A stretch of DNA of 64,000 nucleotides, from assembly GCA_963771275.1 (NCBI GenBank), contig CAVYSW010000006.1:64001-128000 (forward strand), read 5' to 3'. Below, one piece after another: positions 53,511 through 61,943 of this stretch. The stretch is from an uncultured Gemmatimonadales bacterium (GTDB lineage Bacteria; Gemmatimonadota; Gemmatimonadetes; Gemmatimonadales; GWC2-71-9). The notes below the pieces were generated by a model. It saw only the letters and a list, made by a program, of their open reading frames with translations. It made no database searches and was not told the DNA's origin. Numbering within the stretch: position 1 is the stretch's first letter; each line of letters starts with the position of its first letter. Both the position numbers and the translations under genes were made by a program.

Positions 53511-53944
53511 ATGACACCGCGCTCGATCGTCTTCCGATCCCTCGGAGCCGCCCTCGCCGTCGCACTGACGGCCGCCGCGGTAGCCGCGCAGCATGCCGGT
53601 CACCAGGAACAGGCGCCGGGTGCGCCCACCAAGGCCGTGGCCGTTCTCGCTCCAACGGCGGGCAACACGGTCCATGGGGTGGTGACGTTCATGGCCGTGG
53701 ACGGCGGCGTGCGGATCACGGCTCAGGTCGAGGGCCTTCCGGCCGGTGGCCATGGGTTCCACATCCACGAGTACGAGGAACGGCATCGTACGACCGGACG
53801 GACCCGCAGGTGAGCCTGACCGGCGCGCACGGCATCATTGGCCGAGCTGTGATCGTCCATGCCCAGCCCGACGACTTCACGACCCAGCCCACCGGGGGCG
53901 CGGGCGCGCGGCTGGCCTGCGGCGTCATCGGGATCGCGAAGTAG
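53511..53944 (+). pseudogene. sodC: Cu/Zn superoxide dismutase with internal deletion and frameshift at ~53775
   Basis: Signal peptide..HGFHIHEY, then a jump to another frame: [36 protein letters not shown]. The GDC..GGHFNP..H..HxGDLGN segment is missing. Confidence 0.8.
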
Positions 53945-54038
53945 CAACCAGCCCTGTGGGTGATCCGCCGAACGATGTGCCAGCTCCCTGGGCGCGGTGG
54001 CGTCGCGCCGGCGAGCGCCTCAAGGCCTCTCGGAACCG

Positions 54039-54584
54039 TCAATGGCCACCGAAGAAGAGCGCAACCCCGAGCTGACCCCCGATCGTGAACGTGCCGGGGA
54101 AATGCGAGCTCTCAAACGAATACTGGACGGGGAACTCCGTGCGGAGCGAAACGCGATCGGCGAGCCGCGTCTTGGCGCCGAATGACGCCCCGATGCCGAA
54201 TTGGACGTCGCTGTCACCCACGCCTGACGCCCCGGCGTTTACGAACCTGAGGGCGCCGAACGGAGCGAAGAACATGCCACGCCGTACACCCTCAAAGGAG
54301 ATGGAGACGCCGAGGCCGAGGCCCGCAACGAGGAGATTGGCACCGTCTACGCGAGCAAAGGCAATCGAGACCGATGGCTCGATGGCCAAGCGCTCACGTA
54401 TCGGGATACCCAGGTAGATGCCGCTACCAGCTGTCTGAAAGGAGAAGACGTGCGTTCCGCCGCCCGACGCATACGAGAACATGCCGACCGCCGCGCCAAC
54501 TTCCATCGCTCGACCCTGCGCGTACGCGAACCCAAGCGGAAGCACGAAACCCGTGAATGCGAATACCACGATCATCTTGCGCAT
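54039..54584 (-). CDS. Small outer-membrane beta-barrel protein
   Basis: Signal peptide MRKMIVVFAF..AYAQ; amphipathic strands; C-terminal GVALFF. Confidence 0.7.
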   Translation of the reverse strand: MRKMIVVFAFTGFVLPLGFAYAQGRAMEVGAAVGMFSYASGGGTHVFSFQTAGSGIYLGIPIRERLAIEPSVSIAFARVDGANLLVAGLGLGVSISFEGVRRGMFFAPFGALRFVNAGASGVGDSDVQFGIGASFGAKTRLADRVSLRTEFPVQYSFESSHFPGTFTIGGQLGVALFFGGH

Positions 54585-54765
54585 GCCCGCCCCCGGTTGG
54601 TTGGAGTGCGACCGTTGTCTGACCGGCGGCGCGCCCCCCTGCCCACCCGGGAACGCGACACGCGGAGGCATGAATTCGGATTCGCGGTCTGAAACCGCCG
54701 TGAAGGGGGGATGAAGCGCGGTTGACGGCGCGCGGGAAGGTCAAGTGGCCGTGGGTATTGGCCTG

Positions 54766-54808
54766 ATGGAGCGGACGGGATTCGAACCCGTGACCCCCTG
54801 CTTGCAAA
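54766..54808 (-). repeat. att site: duplicated 3' half of tRNA-Ala
   Basis: ATGGAGCGGACGGGATTCGAACCCGTGACCCCCTGCTTGCAAA, identical to 62831-62873. Confidence 0.95.
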
Positions 54809-54919
54809 TTAGAGGCTCCGGGACTCCCAGCGATTCCCCGCCGTTCCCGATTCTCCCGTTTCCCCTCTGAAAACGCGCTCTTGCCGGTTCCTAGACGTTC
54901 CCCTAGATTCCTTCCAAGT

Positions 54920-54954
54920 GGTTACCCGGCGGCTACCCCAGGTCCGGGTAACCC
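54920..54954. promoter_or_regulatory. Putative integrase arm-type sites (left)
   Basis: GGTTACCCGGCGGCTACCC plus an inverted GGGTAACCC; matches 62763-62781. Confidence 0.65.
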
Positions 54955-54974
54955 AACCCGTCAGGGGGTGCCGG

Positions 54975-56291
54975 ATGCGCGCCAAGCTCACCAAGAGGAT
55001 CGTGGACAGCCTACGCTGCCCCAGGACGGGCGATCGGTTCGCCTGGGATACCGAGTTGCGGGGGTTCGGCATCCGGGTCAAGCCGAGCGGCGCGAAGAGC
55101 TTCTGTCTCGCCTACTACGCGCCCGGGCTCCACAAGGTGCGTCGCCGGCTCACGCTCGGCGCGTATGGCGTGCTCACCGTAGAGCAGGCCCGCGCCAAGG
55201 CGACCGAGATCCTGGGGCGCGTGCTGAAGGGAGAGGATCCTGCTCGAGAGCGTGTCGAAGCCCGCCGCGCCGCGGAGCAGGAGACGGTCGAGAAGCTGTT
55301 CAACGAGTACCTGGACGACGGCCGCGCCCGGTTCAAGTTGCGAACGGTCGAGGCGTTTGAGAGCGTCGGCCGCTTGTACATCATCCCGAACCTGGGCACG
55401 CTCCCCGTGTCGCGCGTCACCGTGCGCGACGTGGCCCGCTTGCACCACGAGTTGCGCGACAAGCCGGTGCAAGCGAACCGCGTCGTGTCCGTCTTGAAGG
55501 CGTTCTACTACTGGCTCGAACGGCGCGCGCTGTTCACCGGGACGAATCCCGCGCGCCACGTCGAGCCCTATCCAGAGAACCCGCGCGAGCGGTTCCTGTC
55601 CGTCGAGGAGATGGGGAAGATCGGCCAGGCGCTCCGCGTCGCCGAAACGCTCGGCCTGCCCCCGGCACCGGAGCACAAGCGGCCACCTGGCACATCGAAG
55701 CGGGAGCGCAACGCGGGGATGTTTGCCCCGCGGCTCGAAGCCGCGAACCCCGTCACCGTGGCGGCGCTCCGCTTCCTGCTGTTCACCGGCTGGCGCGAGC
55801 AAGAGGCGTTGACGCTCCAGTGGAGCGACGTCAACCTGAAGGCGGGAATCGCCACGCTCGCCGACACGAAATCCGGGAAGAGCGTGCGGGCGCTCGGCGC
55901 TCCGGCGCTCGAGCTGCTGGCGGCGCAACCACGGGTGCAGGGCTCGCCCTATGTGTTCCCGGGCCGCGATCCGTCGAAGCCACTCGAGGGGGTGCGCCGC
56001 CTCTGGCACGCTGTCCGCTGTGAAGCGGGACTCGAAGGCGTCCGGCTCCATGACCTACGGCATTCCGTCGCGTCGTTCGCGGGTGGGCGTGGGTACTCTC
56101 TCTTCCTCATCGGGAAGCTCTTGGGCCACAAGACGGCGCGCTCGACGGAGCGGTACGCGCACCTGGCCGACGATGCGCGCAAGCTGATGGCCGACGACGT
56201 GAGCACTGTGATTAAAGAGGCGTTGGAAGCATCGGACCTGGAGACGGCGCATCTCGCCGCGCCCGTCATGTCGCTCCGCGGACGGCGCTAG
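54975..56291 (+). CDS. Tyrosine integrase with Arm-DNA-binding N-terminal domain
   Basis: WDTELRGFGIRV..G.KSF; TGWREQE; DTKSG; RLHDLRHS; LLGH..TERYAH. Confidence 0.95.
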   Translation: MRAKLTKRIVDSLRCPRTGDRFAWDTELRGFGIRVKPSGAKSFCLAYYAPGLHKVRRRLTLGAYGVLTVEQARAKATEILGRVLKGEDPARERVEARRAAEQETVEKLFNEYLDDGRARFKLRTVEAFESVGRLYIIPNLGTLPVSRVTVRDVARLHHELRDKPVQANRVVSVLKAFYYWLERRALFTGTNPARHVEPYPENPRERFLSVEEMGKIGQALRVAETLGLPPAPEHKRPPGTSKRERNAGMFAPRLEAANPVTVAALRFLLFTGWREQEALTLQWSDVNLKAGIATLADTKSGKSVRALGAPALELLAAQPRVQGSPYVFPGRDPSKPLEGVRRLWHAVRCEAGLEGVRLHDLRHSVASFAGGRGYSLFLIGKLLGHKTARSTERYAHLADDARKLMADDVSTVIKEALEASDLETAHLAAPVMSLRGRR

Positions 56292-56816
56292 GTGCCTGAC
56301 ATCGCGGAGCTCGGCTTGCGCCTCAAAGATGGGAAGGTTGTCGGCACCACTCGCCCGTGGGTCCACACGCTGCACAACATCCAATGCCGCATCGACAAGG
56401 GCGAGACGCCAACGCACGCCGAGATCCTCGCCGCCCTCGCGGCGCATCCCGACGTCGGGCCGGCCATCGCCAATCTGCTCACCAAGGGCAAGAGGAAACG
56501 GGGTCCGCGTGCGAACCCCGACGCCAAGTGGGCGCGCCATCTTTCGCGCGTGTGGGCGGTGAGCCTTCGCGAAGCGGAGTTGCGGCGGCAAGGCGAGCGG
56601 TGTGCGGCCTCGCGTGCCCAGAAAGAGGTGGCGAAGGAACTTGGGATCGCTCTCGCCACACTGAAAGATGCTGTGCGGCGCGCGCCCCTGGGGGCACCGG
56701 CGGGGATCTGCACCATGCACCGCGCGATGCGGGACTACGGCCGAGCTGCTGGCCTTCCTTCGCGCGCACCCCGACGTCGGGCCGGCTCTCACCGACCTGC
56801 CAAGGGGGGTAAGTAA
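56292..56816 (+). CDS. Hypothetical protein with possible HTH and a degenerate internal duplication
   Basis: Abuts the integrase stop; AQKEVAKELGIALATLKDAV is HTH-like; the C-terminus is probably out of frame. Confidence 0.45.
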   Translation: MPDIAELGLRLKDGKVVGTTRPWVHTLHNIQCRIDKGETPTHAEILAALAAHPDVGPAIANLLTKGKRKRGPRANPDAKWARHLSRVWAVSLREAELRRQGERCAASRAQKEVAKELGIALATLKDAVRRAPLGAPAGICTMHRAMRDYGRAAGLPSRAPRRRAGSHRPAKGGK

Positions 56817-56876
56817 AACCGACGAAATAGCTACCCGCATTACGCGATGCCCGCGGCCGTTCCTACCTTGTCCCCC

Positions 56877-57104
56877 ATGACGATCCCCACTGATACGCTA
56901 CTCCTCACCGCGCACCAAGCCAGCGAGCTGCTCGGCCTGGCCGCCTCGACGCTCGCGAAGATGCGCCTCCGCGGTGACGGCCCCAGGTACGTGAAGCTCG
57001 GCGTCTCCGTGCGCTACCCGGTCAGCGCGCTCGAGGCGTACGTCGCCAGCGCGCCACTCCGTCGCTCAACCAGTGAGTACCTCCCCCGGCACCGAGAGGC
57101 ATGA
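56877..57104 (+). CDS. Excisionase/AlpA-like HTH protein
   Basis: LLTAHQASELLGLAASTLAKMRLRGDGPRYVKLGVSVRY. Confidence 0.85.
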   Translation: MTIPTDTLLLTAHQASELLGLAASTLAKMRLRGDGPRYVKLGVSVRYPVSALEAYVASAPLRRSTSEYLPRHREA

Positions 57105-57334
57105 CCATGACGACACCCTGGCCCCAACAACCACCCCCGGCGCCCTCGGTGCTCGACCGCTCCGTCCAGGCGACCTTCGACGCCAAAATGGCAGAAATCC
57201 AAGAAGCAGAAAACCGGCTACGGCAATCCGATGACTGGTTCGACTTGCCGACGCGGGAGCGGCAGCGGCTCCTCGGCCCGCTCGAGGCGGAACGCGCAGA
57301 GCTGCGGCGCGTCATGAAGGACTTCGGGTTGTGA
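57101..57334 (+). CDS. Hypothetical protein
   Basis: ATGA overlap with the Xis-like gene; GAGG RBS; helical 77 aa. Confidence 0.65.
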   Translation: MTMTTPWPQQPPPAPSVLDRSVQATFDAKMAEIQEAENRLRQSDDWFDLPTRERQRLLGPLEAERAELRRVMKDFGL

Positions 57335-57672
57335 AGGGGCGCGTCGATCGTTTGTGGCGGGACCTGCGCTGCCGGGAAGCCGTGAAGCTGCGTGCCCAGG
57401 GCCGCGCCGTCGCCAGCGGCTTCGACCTGGCGCGTCCTGACAGCATCGCCGCCCTCGCCGCCCTCGATCCGATCGGCCGGCAGGCATGTCTGGCCGCGCT
57501 CAAAGTGGAGCAGCTCGAGCAGCTCGCCGCGGGCGACGACTTCCGCGCCGCGTACGGGGTCGGGCTCGATGACCTGAGTGATGGGGAGCTCAAGCGGCTC
57601 GCCGCCGGCGAAGACCCCCACACCGTGCTCAGGGGCGGTGAGCGTGGACGTGGTGAGCAACAGTCACCGTGA
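57331..57672 (+). CDS. Hypothetical protein
   Basis: GTGA overlap; two L..L...EL..LAAGD/E-type repeats. Confidence 0.6.
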   Translation: MKGRVDRLWRDLRCREAVKLRAQGRAVASGFDLARPDSIAALAALDPIGRQACLAALKVEQLEQLAAGDDFRAAYGVGLDDLSDGELKRLAAGEDPHTVLRGGERGRGEQQSP

Positions 57673-58048
57673 CGGTCAGCGTCGATGCGAGGCGCGCACC
57701 GCCACCGGGAAGCCCTGCCGTATGCCTCCACTCGCCGGCCGGTCATTCTGTTTCAACCACGATCCGGAGCGGGCGCGCGATCGTGCGACGGCTCGCCGTC
57801 GTGGGGGGAAGCAGTCGCGCCGCGATGCGCAAAAGGCCTCGACGCCGGCGGCCGTGGGCACCGTCGAGCAGCTGCAGGGGATCCTCGGCAAGGCGATCGC
57901 GGACATTCAGGTGCTCGAGAACAGCTGCAGCCGCGGCCGTACGCTCGCCTCGCTGGTGCACACCGGCCTCGCGGCGCTCGAGGTCGGGGAGCTCGAGCAG
58001 CGGTTGCGCGTGCTCGAGGAGCGGTTCGGCGCGGCGCGGAGCTCGTGA
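57650..58048 (+). CDS. Cys3His zinc-finger protein (mobile-element type, possible small-terminase-like DNA binder)
   Basis: RCEARTATGKPCRMPPLAGRSFCFNHDP..RRRGG; C-terminal ELEQRLRVLEE coiled coil. Confidence 0.65.
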   Translation: MVSNSHRDGQRRCEARTATGKPCRMPPLAGRSFCFNHDPERARDRATARRRGGKQSRRDAQKASTPAAVGTVEQLQGILGKAIADIQVLENSCSRGRTLASLVHTGLAALEVGELEQRLRVLEERFGAARSS

Positions 58049-58319
58049 GATGATCGTGATGTTCGAGGTGAACGTGATGTCCAGGGGTGGCGCGGTGCAC
58101 GCAAGTGCTCGGGTAGAGCAGGCCCGGCGGGGATGATCCCCACCCCGGCCGCGCGTTCCCTCGGGTCGGGCTGATAGAAGAACAACGCGCCCCGGGCGTG
58201 CAACCCGGAGGCGCGGACCTACTAGCGGCGCGAAAGGGGCGCCACTCGATGCAGAATCTAGCGCGACCATATGACACGCGGCAAGCCGGGAACCGAGCCC
58301 GCCGCACGCGGGAAGGCAC

Positions 58320-58361
58320 GCTGTAGGTGTTCGTGCAGCTGTAGGTGTTGATGTAGGTGAT
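58320..58361 (+). repeat. Three direct repeats of (GC/GA)TGTAGGTG(T/A)T
   Basis: GCTGTAGGTGTT at 58320 and 58338; GATGTAGGTGAT at 58350. Confidence 0.6.
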
Positions 58362-58690
58362 GCACGGCAGTTCTGACACCGTTCTGCCGGTCCCGGGAGC
58401 GAGCCCGGGCGAATCCCAACGGGATGAAGGCAAAGGGGACCGAACTAATCCGGGCTCTGTGGAGACAACCCGGGCCGCCCGAATCCCCTCTGCTGGTTTG
58501 AGGCCGCGTTGAAGGGCCTCTAATGGCTCCCCGATGGGGGCCGCGAACCCGACCCGTTCGCGCGATCATCGGCGCCACCTTCAACCTACTCGCTTTGATG
58601 GCCCCTCGCTGTACAGGGGGTAGTCCGAAGGTCCTGGGCGGCGTACTCGGGTCACAAGGATGGACGCACTAGCCGTAACGGGGGGCCGTC

Positions 58691-58960
58691 GTGAGTGAGG
58701 GTGTTAGCCGTAACGCGAGGGTGCTGGTCGTGGCGCAGTGCATCGCGTGTCACGCGCCCCGCTGGCTTGCGCTCGACGGACGGGGGCACACCAAACCCCT
58801 CTTGGTGCATTGCGCCGGGTGTCACCGCGACGTGCCCCTACCATCGGTCCCGCGTCCGGCACGCCGGCGTCGGGCGACACGGCGCGACGTGGTGTTCTGC
58901 TCGTCGGCGTGCCGTCAAGCGCTTTCCGGGAACGTCACCGCGCTTGAGGAGAAGAAATGA
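58691..58960 (+). CDS. Small zinc-finger protein
   Basis: CIAC, CAGC, RRDVVFCSSACRQ; stop overlaps the next ATG. Confidence 0.55.
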   Translation: MSEGVSRNARVLVVAQCIACHAPRWLALDGRGHTKPLLVHCAGCHRDVPLPSVPRPARRRRATRRDVVFCSSACRQALSGNVTALEEKK

Positions 58961-59517
58961 CGCAGCAAGTCATCAACATCGGCACGATCCCCGGCGACCA
59001 CACGGGCACCAAAGGGCTCCGGACCGCCGGCGACATGATCAACGACAACTTCGGCGAGCTGTACGCGGCGGTTGACGCCCTGAGTGGCTTTGACCTCGAG
59101 GGCCTGTCGGATGCGGTGGACGTGCTCACCGCGACCGTGGCGCCCTTCACGACGGGCGCAGACGTGGCCGTAGATCGTGCGGTGCGCTGCGGCTTGGCAA
59201 CGGTGACCGTGGCGAGCGGCGACGTGGCCAAGAGCATCGCCCTGACCGCCGCGAACGTCACGCGCGTCCTCCTGGGGAACACCAATCCCGTCGAACTGAC
59301 ACTAACCGGCCCGGTCGCCGGCGCGTGCTACAGCTTGGCGCTCTATGCGAGTGGCGGCGCGCGGTCGTTTACCTGGGGCACGTCCGTTACCTGGGTCGGC
59401 GACGAACCGGACGGCACGCTCGCGCCGGGTAACGCGCAGATCGTGACCTTGCTTGCCATGTCGGGCGGTATCCTACTCGGCTGGGCGTCCGCAGAGGGCG
59501 CCTACGGGGCCATCTGA
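58957..59517 (+). CDS. Short phage tail-fibre/baseplate-like protein
   Basis: N-terminus QQVINIGTIPGDHTG..LRTAGDMINDNFGELY resembles the T4 gp9/gp10-type attachment motif. C-terminus LTLTGPVAGACYSL..GARSFTW..VTW is typical of fibre C-domains. GAGGAG RBS. Confidence 0.65.
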   Translation: MTQQVINIGTIPGDHTGTKGLRTAGDMINDNFGELYAAVDALSGFDLEGLSDAVDVLTATVAPFTTGADVAVDRAVRCGLATVTVASGDVAKSIALTAANVTRVLLGNTNPVELTLTGPVAGACYSLALYASGGARSFTWGTSVTWVGDEPDGTLAPGNAQIVTLLAMSGGILLGWASAEGAYGAI

Positions 59518-59972
59518 TGCCAGCGTACAACCGGCTGCTCGCGGCGCTCGAGTTGGTCGGTGGCGGCGACCCGTGTTCCGGCGCGCCCTCGATCGTGTCG
59601 GTGACGGCCAGCACGGCGAGCAACCCGTGCGCCTCACATGGCGTCACGCATACCGGCGAAGTGGATCTGTCGGACGTGCTGAGGGGCGGGTTGAAACTGC
59701 AATGGGAAGTCTACACCGACGAGGATAGCGGCTGGCGAACACCGAGCGGTGGCGCCTACACGAGCCCAGGCGGGACCGTGAGCGTCAACACGGACCTCGG
59801 GCTCGGTGGCTATGACACCGCGGGGACGGACGGCGGGCCGCTGTCCATTGGCACCCCGACCGCGAAGTTTCGCTGTCGCATCGTGCGGAGTGATGGGACC
59901 GCGTGCGGCGCGGGGACGTGGACCGAGAGCAGTTACTCAACGGATGGCGCGGACATGTACGAATGCGCGTAG
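59517..59972 (+). CDS. Gly/Ser/Thr-rich beta protein, possible fibre-tip adhesin
   Basis: TGATG coupling to the fibre-like gene; short RLLAA..GGG N-terminus; Ig/Fn3-like strands. Confidence 0.55.
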   Translation: MPAYNRLLAALELVGGGDPCSGAPSIVSVTASTASNPCASHGVTHTGEVDLSDVLRGGLKLQWEVYTDEDSGWRTPSGGAYTSPGGTVSVNTDLGLGGYDTAGTDGGPLSIGTPTAKFRCRIVRSDGTACGAGTWTESSYSTDGADMYECA

Positions 59973-60240
59973 ACCTCGGACGGCTCGGCCGCCGCACCAG
60001 GATGCCCTAGGAAGGGCCGAGCTAGGCCGTGGTGGGACGTGCTCGACGTGGTGACCACGCAGACCCAGATGGCGACCCCACCCATCTGACACGGCGTTCG
60101 GTAGTCGCACGATGCGACTACCGCCCGCGCCGTGATTGAAGCTTCGGCGCTCGCTGAGCGCGTTGCCGCCCTCGAAGCGGCGACCGCGTGGCCTCGGGCG
60201 CACTAACGGGTGTCACATCGGGAGTGCATATTTCCCCGTG

Positions 60241-60382
60241 GTCCAACCACCGCGTTGAACCGGGCTGGCCCGGCGGCTGGTGGAATGCTCACTCAATGGG
60301 GCAGGTTTCGTTGAGGACGTCACTTGACACACGTTGCTGCTAGCGGAGCCGTGGGCCGGCGCAAACGCGCGGGCCGTTAGAC
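60241..60382 (+). other. Integron attC-like recombination site
   Basis: GTCCAAC (RYYYAAC)...GTTAGAC (GTTRRRY) enclosing a long imperfect palindrome; next ATG is 16 bp after the site. Confidence 0.6.
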
Positions 60383-60398
60383 GGTCACCCTCTGTCCG

Positions 60399-61520
60399 AT
60401 GAACGATGCCCTGCTCAGGGTCGCGCTGACGGATTCGCTATCAGACCCCAACTCGCACGCTAATCCACAGTCGCCCATTCGTCATGCGCTAGCAACGGAC
60501 CCCGAGCTAACGCAATTCCAAGACCAGTTTCACTTCCAGGTGTCAGGCTGGGCTCGGGCGACACATCAGACGCTTGCTGGTTGGCTCATTGAGCGAGCGA
60601 GAGCCACCTCAGCTGCCACGGCTGTTTCTGACCTGGCTCGGTACGTCGCCACTGACACAATCACCTGTACACACGTGATGACGCTCGGCGGCGTGCGAGT
60701 TGACCGCGCCGTCCAAGTCGGTCCGGGTATCCAACTCATCTCGTTCGAGGGGATTAGTACGTTCTTCTGGGCAAGTCGCATCGCCGGCTTGTATCGGACC
60801 TTCCATAAGAACTACCAGCCGACCGCCGCAATCCTCCAGACCGCAGCCTACCGGAAAGCGGTCCGCCCACCGGGCGCACAAATGGACTTCCCACCAAACA
60901 TGTACCAATCGCTTGAGGACGTTAGGCGATGCGTCACAGCTATCGGCCCGTCGTGCCCTGTTTGGCTGGGCACTTGGACGGAGCTTGACGAGTGGCTCCC
61001 AACCTATGGGAGCGGCGCGGCGATTCCCAACCCCTTCGAGACGGGTGGCTTCCCACGAAAAACCCGCGAAGGTGACTGGGAGCAACTGCCGTCACTTTAC
61101 TCAGCATGGTGCCGTCTGCCCGTGCGTGAACGAGAACATCTGCGCGTTCCTCTGGACCGCCTAAACCGCGCACAACGGAATCTCCCCATCGTGGACGTCG
61201 CAATCGAGCTTGGGGTGGCGGTGGACGCCTTGTTCCTCGCGGAGCGCGAGGCAGACCGTGGCGAGCAAACCCTCACGCTGCGCTTGCGCGCATCGCGGTT
61301 CCTCGCCCAAGAGGTCCCGGAGCAGCGTATGCTCGCGAAACGCTTCGGCACGCTGTATCGAGCCCGGTCCATGGCGGTGCACGCAGGCCGTCTCGATGAC
61401 GCGATTGACGGCCTAAACACCCGGCAATTGCTCGACCAGGGCTGCGACCTTGCCGCGACCGCACTACGCAGAATCATCCTCGAAGGCCCACCGGATTGGA
61501 CTGAGCTTCTCTACACCTAG
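60399..61520 (+). CDS. HEPN-domain protein (ApeA-like C-terminal HEPN)
   Basis: ELGVAVDALF..LRLRASRFL..LYRARSMAVHAG (RxxxxH); lower GC than flanks. Confidence 0.8.
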   Translation: MNDALLRVALTDSLSDPNSHANPQSPIRHALATDPELTQFQDQFHFQVSGWARATHQTLAGWLIERARATSAATAVSDLARYVATDTITCTHVMTLGGVRVDRAVQVGPGIQLISFEGISTFFWASRIAGLYRTFHKNYQPTAAILQTAAYRKAVRPPGAQMDFPPNMYQSLEDVRRCVTAIGPSCPVWLGTWTELDEWLPTYGSGAAIPNPFETGGFPRKTREGDWEQLPSLYSAWCRLPVREREHLRVPLDRLNRAQRNLPIVDVAIELGVAVDALFLAEREADRGEQTLTLRLRASRFLAQEVPEQRMLAKRFGTLYRARSMAVHAGRLDDAIDGLNTRQLLDQGCDLAATALRRIILEGPPDWTELLYT

Positions 61521-61557
61521 GGGACCACACGGGGACGTTGCTGCGGAGCCTCTGACC

Positions 61558-61938
61558 TCAACAACTCCCCGCGGCTAGCAGCACGCTGCGACTGGTTCCC
61601 GCGCCCATGTCAGCGTCCGCAGGGAGACTCATGCAGGTCTGCGGTTCCTCCCGGTGCACACGCACCTCGAGCGGGGGTGGCGCCGCGGTTCGGCGGGCCC
61701 CCGCGCGGGGTTCTGGGATCTCAGACCCCCACTTCAGCTTGGCCGTGATGTACTCGTCGAACACCTCGTCGAGATGTTGCATTGCCTCTACGTCACTGGA
61801 GCCATCTGTCTTGCAGCCGGAAAGTTCCTCGATCCAGGCTAGCCAATACCGGCCACCCGGCTCATCCGGCTGCTCGACAGGCTCACACCGCCGAGTGTAC
61901 GGGAGTGCTTGGTAGTACGGCAAGTTCTTGTCAGTCAT
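61558..61938 (-). CDS. hicB: HicB-family antitoxin
   Basis: YYQALPY..YWLAWIEELSGCKTDG..EAM..L..YI..WGSEIPEP. Confidence 0.8.
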   Translation of the reverse strand: MTDKNLPYYQALPYTRRCEPVEQPDEPGGRYWLAWIEELSGCKTDGSSDVEAMQHLDEVFDEYITAKLKWGSEIPEPRAGARRTAAPPPLEVRVHREEPQTCMSLPADADMGAGTSRSVLLAAGSC

Positions 61939-61943
61939 GGTCT

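Noticed and set aside
54766..54808. Second tRNA-Ala gene
   Set aside because: Only the 3' half from the anticodon loop onward; it is the att duplication.
58320..58361. Possible mini-CRISPR
   Set aside because: Repeats are 12 bp with 0-6 bp spacing and there are no cas genes. No CRISPR array was seen in the window.
58612..58640. cos-like site (GGGGGTAGTCCGAAGGTCCTGGG)
   Set aside because: Only a vague resemblance, with no terminase or HNH gene to support it.
59517..60125. Diversity-generating retroelement targeting the adhesin-like gene
   Set aside because: No reverse transcriptase and no TR/VR repeat pair with A-specific mismatches in the window; only a hairpin.
61521..61557. Second attC closing the HEPN cassette
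   Set aside because: Shares only ACGTTGCTGC..GGAGCC with the first site and lacks RYYYAAC/GTTRRRY cores; at most a remnant.
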